Assembly (NCBI RefSeq): GCF_007748075.1
Contig: NZ_CP036280.1
Location: forward strand, 1,170,001-1,202,000
DNA: 32,000 nt
Direction: 5' to 3'
From: Mucisphaera calidilacus
GTDB taxonomy: Bacteria > Planctomycetota > Phycisphaerae > Phycisphaerales > Phycisphaeraceae
The translations under genes and the position numbers were made by a program. Of the stretch, positions 1 through 6,084 are shown piece after piece. Numbering within the stretch: position 1 is the first letter of the stretch; each line of letters starts with the position of its first letter. A model generated the notes under the pieces. That model was not told the DNA's origin and did not search any database. It worked only from the letters and a program-made list of their open reading frames with translations.

Positions 1-88
1 ACCTGTTTATGGCGTGCGTGGCATCAGAGACACAGCCCGAAATGGCTGTGGGCTGTAACCTGCTGCGAGAACTGGCGTAGAAAGCGAA

Positions 89-116
89 AACGCCGCCGAG
101 TTCTCTCGACGGCGTT
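89..116. terminator. Bidirectional intrinsic-terminator-like hairpin
   Basis: AACGCCGCCGAG (89-100), loop TTCT, CTCGACGGCGTT (105-116): a 12-position stem with one C/A mismatch. On the minus strand it is followed by TTTTCGCTTTC; on the plus strand by CTGCGTTT. It lies between an open frame entering from the left edge (frame 3, stop TAG 78-80) and the 3' end of tRNA-fMet. Confidence 0.5.
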
Positions 117-161
117 CTGCGTTTACCGTGGGGCCGGTGAGTTGTGCAACCGGCCGGTTAA

Positions 162-235
<74 letters not shown>

Positions 236-280
236 TCTGTGAACATCATGTTAGGGCCAAAAGCCTCCTAGGTCAATCGC

Positions 281-3200
281 TCACGCGTTCTCCACAGCCG
301 TCGCCGCAGCCATATGCTTGAGCGCCGCCGTACGCTGGCGAACCTGCTCCTCCGTCGCCTCAACCACACGCTGGAAACGCTCCGGATCGCTCTTCTTCAT
401 GATCCGGAAACGAGCCTCCGAATTCATGTAATCCGACACCGTCGTCTTGCCCTTAGGCATGTCCACCTGCAACGGGTTCTTGCCCTCATCCGACCGACGC
501 GGGTCAAACCGATACAAAGGCCACACGCCCGCCGACACCGCCAGCTTCTGGTGGTTCAGGCCGTCCTTCAGGTCATAACCGTGAGCGATGCAGTGGGCAT
601 ATGCCACCACCAGCGACGGCCCGTCATAAGACTCCGCCTCCTGGATCACCTTCACCGCGTGGTTGTCATTCGCGCCCAACGCGATCGAACCCACATACGC
701 ATGACCATAGCTCATCGCGATCTGGCCCAGGTCCTTCTTGCCCGTCAGCTTCCCGGTCGTCGCGAAACGAGCCGCAGCGCCCAGAGGCGTCGCCTTCGAG
801 GCCTGGCCGCCCGTGTTCGAATACACCTCGGTGTCGAGCACCAGCATGTTCACGTTCCGGCTCTGTGCCAGCACGTGATCCAACCCGCCGAAACCGATGT
901 CATACGCCCAGCCGTCACCGCCGATGATCCACACCGACCGGTCAACCAGGTTCGCCAGCACCGTCGCCAGACGCTTCGCCGCCGGGTCCGATACCGATGC
1001 CAAAGTCTTGCGGATCGCGTCGATCGCCTCGTAGCGCTCCGAGATCGCCTTGTCGGGATCCTTCAGCACAGCGACCGCGGCCGCCGGCAGACTGCCCTCG
1101 AGACGGTCGAGCAGGGCGGCAGCCTCGCGCGCGTGCAGGTCCGCACCCAGACGCATGCCGTAGCCATACTCCGCGTTGTCCTCGAACAACGAGTTCGACC
1201 ACGCCGGGCCGCGACCACACGCGTCCGTCGTGTAAGGCGTCGTCGGCAGATTGCCGCCGAAGATCGAAGAACAACCCGTCGCATTCGCGATCAGCAGCCG
1301 ATCACCATACAACTGAGTCAACAGCTTGATGTAAGGCGTCTCACCACAACCCGAGCACGCACCACTGAACTCGAACAGCGGCTCGATCATCTGCGAGCCC
1401 TTCGCGTCCAGACGAACCACACGCTCACGCTGCATCTGCGGCAACCCGCGGAAGAAGTCGAAGCGGTCACGCTGACCATCAAGATCATCAAGACGCGGCT
1501 TCATCTCCAACGCACAACGGTCCGGGTTCTCACGGTCAATCGCCGGACAAACCTCAACACACAACTCGCAGCCCGTGCAGTCATCCGGTGCCACGCTCAG
1601 CGTGTAACGCTTGCCCTTGAAGTCCTTGCCCTTCGCATCGACCGCCACAAAGCCCTCGGGAGCGCCGGCCAGATCCGACTCGTCCACCAGCTTCATACGG
1701 ATCGCCGCGTGCGGGCACACCAGCGCACACTTGTTGCACTGGATACAAAGGTCCTCGTCCCACCGAGGCGTCTCCGTCGCGATGCCACGCTTCTCCCACT
1801 GCGACGTGCCCGTCGGCCACGTCCCGTCCACCGGGAACGCCGACACCGGCAGCAGATCGCCCTCGCCCGCAAGAATCTTCGCCGTGATCCGCTGCACGAA
1901 GTCCGGGGCCTCCTCGGGCACCGTCGGCGGCACTTCGTAACCCGCGTCCGCCGCCTCCGGTATCTCGACCTGGTGCAGGTTCGCGACCGCCGCATCCACC
2001 GCAGCGAAGTTCTTCTCCACGATCTCCTTGCCCTTGCGCGCATACGTCGTCTCGATCGCGTGCTTGATCCGCGCAATCGCCTCGTCGCTCGGCAGAACAC
2101 CCGAAATCGCAAAGAAACACGTCTGCATGATCGTGTTGATCCGCTGACCCATCCCCGCCTCACGCGCCACCGTCAACGCGTCAATCGTGTAGAAACGCAG
2201 CCGCTTCTCCCGAATCACCCTCTGCGCACGAGCCGGAAGATGATCCCAGACCTTGTCCGCCGGGTAAGGCGAGTTCAATAAAAACACGCCACACTCTCGC
2301 GCCGCGCCCAGAACATCAACCTGATCCAGAAACACCTGCTGGTGGCAGCCCACGAAATCCGCCTCCGAGATCAGGTACGGACTCCGGATCCGCTCCGGAC
2401 CAAAACGCAGGTGCGACACCGTCAACGCGCCCGACTTCTTCGAGTCATAAACAAAGTAGCCCTGAGCGTAGTTGTCCGTCTCCGTGCCGATGATCTTGAT
2501 CGAGTTCTTGTTCGCACCCACCGTGCCGTCCGAACCCAACCCGTAAAACAACGCACGGAAGCAGTCGTCCGACTCCACCGAGAAACTCGGGTCCCACTTC
2601 AACGACGTACGCGTCACGTCATCAACAATGCCGATCGTAAACCCGTGACGCGGACGATCCTCTCGAAGATGATCGAACACCGCCTTGGCCATCCCAGGCG
2701 TGAACTCCTTCGAAGACAGACCGTAACGACCGCCGACCACCATCGGCCGAGCCTCCAGACGACCCTCACGCTCCGCCGAATCCAACGCACCCACCACGTC
2801 TAGGTAAAGCGGCTCGCCCGGCGCACCCGGCTCCTTGCAACGGTCCAGAACCGCAACGCGACGCACACTCGTCGGCAACGCGGCCAGGAAATGATCCTGA
2901 CTCCACGGCCGATACAAACGCACATTCAGCACGCCGACCTTGCGACCCTCGCCACGCAGCTTCGCCGCCGTCTCCTCGAGCGTCTCAACACCCGACCCCA
3001 TCGCCACCACAACGTCCTCCGCGTCCGGATCACCCACGTACTCAAACAACTGATACGCACGACCCGTCGCCTTCTCCAGACGCGCGAACGTCCGCTCAAC
3101 AATCTCCGGCACCGCCTCGTAATACGCGTTCGCCGCCTCGCGGCACTGGAAAAACACGTCCGGGTTCTGCGCCGTCCCACGAATCGAAGGCGTGTCCGGG

Positions 3201-3865
3201 TCCAGACGACGTCCGCGGAAATCAAGAATCGACTCGTCACTCACCAGCGTCCGCAACGCGTCATCACTCATCACCTCAATACGCGAGACCTCGTGCGACG
3301 TGCGGAAGCCATCCATGAAGTGCAGAAACGGAATCCGGCTCTCAAGCGTCGCCGCGTGAGCCACCGCCGCCATGTCGTGCGCCTCCTGAACCGAGCACGA
3401 CGCCAACATCGCAAAACCCGTCCCGCGACACGACATCACGTCCGAGTGATCACCAAAAATCGACAACGCGTGCGTCGCCAGCGTACGCGCCGCGACGTGC
3501 ATCACGAACGGATGCAACTCGCCCGCGATCTTGTACATGTTCGGAATCATCAGCAGCAGACCCTGCGACGCCGTGAACGTCGTCGTCAGCGTCCCCGCCT
3601 GCAAGCCGCCATGCACCGCACCCGCGGCCCCCGCCTCCGACTGCATCTCAACCGCCTGCGGAATCATCCCCCACAGATTCGTCCGGTCCTGCGTCGACCA
3701 CTCCTCGTAAAACTCACCCATAGGCGACGAGGGCGTGATCGGATAGATCGCCGCGAGCTCCGTCAGGCGATAAGCCACCGAAGCCACCGCCTCATTACCG
3801 TCCATCGTCTTCCATTGAACCGGTGCCACCGCCTCGGAAGCGGGAGTCTGGGCTGGCTGGATCAT
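281..3865 (-). CDS. nifJ: Pyruvate:ferredoxin (flavodoxin) oxidoreductase, fused NifJ/PFOR type
   Basis: Single polypeptide of about 1194 aa. It has two 4Fe-4S ferredoxin motifs (CIQCNKCALVCP, CTGCELCVEVCP) and a TPP-binding GGDGWAYDIGFGGLDH motif, and is colinear with PFOR throughout. The track ORF begins at GTG 3898. I prefer ATG 3865 (MIQPAQT...) because AGGAG lies 6 nt upstream of it. Confidence 0.93.
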   Translation of the reverse strand: MIQPAQTPASEAVAPVQWKTMDGNEAVASVAYRLTELAAIYPITPSSPMGEFYEEWSTQDRTNLWGMIPQAVEMQSEAGAAGAVHGGLQAGTLTTTFTASQGLLLMIPNMYKIAGELHPFVMHVAARTLATHALSIFGDHSDVMSCRGTGFAMLASCSVQEAHDMAAVAHAATLESRIPFLHFMDGFRTSHEVSRIEVMSDDALRTLVSDESILDFRGRRLDPDTPSIRGTAQNPDVFFQCREAANAYYEAVPEIVERTFARLEKATGRAYQLFEYVGDPDAEDVVVAMGSGVETLEETAAKLRGEGRKVGVLNVRLYRPWSQDHFLAALPTSVRRVAVLDRCKEPGAPGEPLYLDVVGALDSAEREGRLEARPMVVGGRYGLSSKEFTPGMAKAVFDHLREDRPRHGFTIGIVDDVTRTSLKWDPSFSVESDDCFRALFYGLGSDGTVGANKNSIKIIGTETDNYAQGYFVYDSKKSGALTVSHLRFGPERIRSPYLISEADFVGCHQQVFLDQVDVLGAARECGVFLLNSPYPADKVWDHLPARAQRVIREKRLRFYTIDALTVAREAGMGQRINTIMQTCFFAISGVLPSDEAIARIKHAIETTYARKGKEIVEKNFAAVDAAVANLHQVEIPEAADAGYEVPPTVPEEAPDFVQRITAKILAGEGDLLPVSAFPVDGTWPTGTSQWEKRGIATETPRWDEDLCIQCNKCALVCPHAAIRMKLVDESDLAGAPEGFVAVDAKGKDFKGKRYTLSVAPDDCTGCELCVEVCPAIDRENPDRCALEMKPRLDDLDGQRDRFDFFRGLPQMQRERVVRLDAKGSQMIEPLFEFSGACSGCGETPYIKLLTQLYGDRLLIANATGCSSIFGGNLPTTPYTTDACGRGPAWSNSLFEDNAEYGYGMRLGADLHAREAAALLDRLEGSLPAAAVAVLKDPDKAISERYEAIDAIRKTLASVSDPAAKRLATVLANLVDRSVWIIGGDGWAYDIGFGGLDHVLAQSRNVNMLVLDTEVYSNTGGQASKATPLGAAARFATTGKLTGKKDLGQIAMSYGHAYVGSIALGANDNHAVKVIQEAESYDGPSLVVAYAHCIAHGYDLKDGLNHQKLAVSAGVWPLYRFDPRRSDEGKNPLQVDMPKGKTTVSDYMNSEARFRIMKKSDPERFQRVVEATEEQVRQRTAALKHMAAATAVENA

Positions 3866-4381
3866 AATCAACTCCTGAAATGAGATGCCGTGTATCACGC
3901 TGACTATAGCAGATCATCGGACACATTGATATTTAATTCTGCCCGCGATCCATTTAAACATGAATCATCGGCCGCCAACACCCCCAGGCTCCGCACGCCG
4001 ACCACGAAATCCCGTCCCCTCAAAAGGCACGCAAGTCATAAGATAATCAAAATCCCAACACCAACACACCCCGGAAACGTTCTTCTGCTATGCGCAATGC
4101 GTCATCCAACCGGAGGATGCCTGGTGTTGCCAATAGCCACAATATATTTATTAACAATCACTTATGCTGCACTCAAGGCATCGCCGGAGACGGTCGCCAG
4201 CCTACTCAAACGCGCCTGTGAATCACCCCGGCAGCAGGCCCCCTCAAGACTTCACCCACCCCCGGCAATTAGAGACAGCCCGCCACGTTATCCATAGGGC
4301 AACCCCGCCGATGACCGGCACGAGCCGATGTTCGCGTGGCGGTCGAATCGAAGCGGTCTTGAACCAGAAGCAGGAAATGCC

Positions 4382-5512
4382 ATGAGAATCCCGGGTGAAT
4401 CCAACTCACACAGACACGAGCGCGTCGCACCAACCTTGAACCACGCTCTGATCGCACTCGTGACACTGCTCTGCACCACTGCCTCGGTGGTGGCCCAGCA
4501 GTCTTAAGTCACGCACAAGGACATCGTCTTTGCCAACATCGACGGCCACGATCTGCTGCTTGACCTCTACCTGCCCACAGAAGGCAACCCCGACACGCCG
4601 GCACCCCTGGCGATATGGATCCATGGCGGCGGCTGGATGAGCGACCCCAACAACAGCGTGCCCATTCTGCCCCTACTCGATCACGGCTTCGCCATCGCTC
4701 GAATCGAATACCGTTTGACCACCGAGTCCGATCTCTTCAACTCGGTGCGATTCCCGGCACAGATACATGACGTAAAGGGGGCGGTCCGCTTCCTCCGCGC
4801 CAACGCCGAAAACTACAACATCGATCCGGAACGATTCGCCGCCGTCGGATCCTCCGCAGGCGGACACCTCGCAGCACTGCTGGGCGTCAGCGCGAATCAC
4901 CCGCAACTCGAAGGCAATACCGGTGGCAACCTCAATCAGCCATCCAACGTCCAAGCCGTCGTCGATCTCTTCGGGCCCTCCAACCTTCTCACCATGGGCG
5001 GGTGGCACGACCAGCCCGATTCACCCGAGTCACGCCTCATAGACTGGGATCTCGGTGACCTGAAACACAACCTCGAAAACCCGAATCCTCCCTACCCCCT
5101 GATCGCCACCATCACCCGCGACGCAAGTCCCGTCTACCACGTGGACCCCACAGACCCGCCATTCTTCATCGCTCATGGCACAGCCGACACCACCGTGCCC
5201 TACACCCAGAGCACCGAACTCAACGATGCCCTCGTCGCGGCTAACGTTCCCGTCGACTTCCACACCGTCAACGATGACCGACACACCATCATGGATATGC
5301 CTCTCGAAGCCGTGTTCGACTTCATCACCACAACCCTCGCGCCGCAGGCGCTCCCGATCCCAGCCGACGCCAACCTCGACGGCAAGGTCGACCTGCTCGA
5401 CCTCTCGATCCTCGCCTCCAACTTCGGCGTCACCGGCTCCATCCCCGAACCCGCCTCCGCCACGCTGATCAGCCTCGGACTCCTGGCCACCCGCCGCCGA
5501 CGTTCCGCCTGA
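4382..5512 (+). pseudogene. Secreted alpha/beta-hydrolase (esterase/lipase-like) with dockerin-like repeat and PEP-CTERM anchor, interrupted by an in-frame TAA
   Basis: ATG 4382 opens a typical Sec signal peptide (MRIPGESNSHRHERVAPTLNHALIALVTLLCTTASVVAQQS). TAA at 4505-4507 is in the same frame. Translation continues colinearly as VTHKDIVFANIDGHDLLLDLYLPTEGNPDTPAPLAIWIHGGGW (HGGG oxyanion-hole motif) into the track ORF 4637-5512. That ORF carries the GSSAGG nucleophile elbow, HGTADTTVP, a DANLDGKVDLLD dockerin/EF-hand-like loop, and a C-terminal PEP...LISLGLLATRRRRSA sorting signal. There is no ATG/GTG/TTG between 4508 and 4637. Confidence 0.7.
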
Positions 5513-5535
5513 TCCGACACCCCGACCCGGACAAC

Positions 5536-5574
5536 ACGACCCCCTCTCGGCACCCGCCGGGAGGGGGTCGTTTC
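5536..5574 (+). terminator. Intrinsic-terminator-like hairpin after the hydrolase gene
   Basis: ACGACCCCCTC (5536-5546) pairs perfectly with GAGGGGGTCGT (5561-5571), an 11-bp GC-rich stem with a 14-nt loop. It starts 24 nt after the TGA. The U-tract is short (TTTC), so this is only moderate support. Confidence 0.45.
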
Positions 5575-5678
5575 ATACCCGCTCACAATCCATCATCACC
5601 ATCAGACCGCAGCGCGCGCACATCAAATCGTCCAAAACATCCGGTCATTTTGTGCGCGCCACAGGCCCTTTTTGGACT

Positions 5679-5750
5679 CAAACCGAACCAAAACGACGCA
5701 AAACGGATCGAAACCGAAGCAAAACGCCCAAAAACGACCCAAAACGGACC
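5679..5750. repeat. Seven helically phased A-tracts / degenerate ~10.3-bp tandem repeat (consensus C-AAAACG-RNC)
   Basis: A-tracts start at 5680, 5690, 5700, 5711, 5721, 5730 and 5741 (spacings 10, 10, 11, 10, 9, 11). Each is followed by C(C)G: AAACCG, AAAACG, AAAACG, AAACCG, AAAACG, AAAAACG, AAAACG. The region is non-coding and very G- and T-poor on the + strand. Confidence 0.8.
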
Positions 5751-5849
5751 GTTCCCAATCACCCCCGAATCCAACACGTTTTTCACCCCAAAATCGCAGT
5801 GCGCACAAACACGACCATCAATAAACCATTATTTGTCAACAAGATACAA

Positions 5850-5923
5850 TGACCCCTACGGGATTCGAACCCGTGTCGCCAGGATGAAAACCTGGTGTCC
5901 TAGGCCAACTAGACGAAGGGGCC
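5850..5923 (-). tRNA. tRNA-Glu (anticodon TTC)
   Basis: The reverse complement reads GGCCCCU-UC-GUCU-AGUUGGCCUA-GGAC-A-CCAGG-UUUUCAU-CCUGG-CGAC-ACGGG-UUCGAAU-CCCGU-AGGGGUC-A, a 74-nt cloverleaf. CCA is not encoded. Confidence 0.9.
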
Positions 5924-5939
5924 ATCAGCCGAGCGAGGT

Positions 5940-5968
5940 AGTTTAGCGGTTCTATCCGACGCGTCCAA
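5940..5968 (-). promoter_or_regulatory. Possible sigma70-like promoter for tRNA-Glu
   Basis: The minus strand reads TTGGAC (5968-5963), a 17-nt spacer, then TAAACT (5945-5940). The -10 element ends 16 nt upstream of tRNA position 1. Matches to consensus are modest, and the promoter consensus of this lineage is unknown to me. Confidence 0.25.
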
Positions 5969-6084
5969 CTCCGCCTCAACAATCCTCAAAGCAGAGACTA
6001 ACCTGTTCCGATTCCTAGGGGTAAATCCGCGGTAATCCCGCCGTTATCGTCGATTCGTGTTCATCTTCGCCCGATGTTCAAACT

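Noticed and set aside
314-2281. 655-aa ORF on the + strand, plus 2342-2803, 2891-3883 and several 60-180-aa ORFs, all overlapping the PFOR gene
   Set aside because: These are antisense or off-frame to a full-length, motif-rich PFOR. Their translations are Arg/His/Leu/Pro-rich and low-complexity with no recognisable motifs. This is a typical open-frame artefact of high GC.
4288-4296. TTATCCATA, an 8/9 match to the DnaA box TTATCCACA
   Set aside because: It is a single isolated near-match, 1.3-1.8 kb left of the skew cross-over. Within 5513-6084 I found only 5-6/9 matches. This is insufficient to call DnaA boxes by eye and needs a PWM scan.
3890-4479. Small ORFs in the PFOR/hydrolase intergenic region (3890-4297, 4164-4385, 4269-4466, 4288-4479), plus a 34-codon ORF at 4117 directly abutting GGAGG
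   Set aside because: They have no homology features and odd composition, and they overlap one another. The GGAGG has zero spacing to the ATG. The region is better explained as divergent promoter and 5'-UTR space.
5679-5750. The short tandem repeats as a possible CRISPR array or minisatellite-encoded peptide
   Set aside because: The units are only about 10-11 bp, degenerate and contiguous, with no unique spacers. There are no cas genes and no coding potential.
5583-5946. ORFs 5583-5786, 5623-5808, 5650-5946 and 5652-5852 in the gene-poor stretch
   Set aside because: Their translations are dominated by the A-tract repeat (KTK/PKR or FGF strings), and two of them run through tRNA-Glu. They are not credible as proteins.
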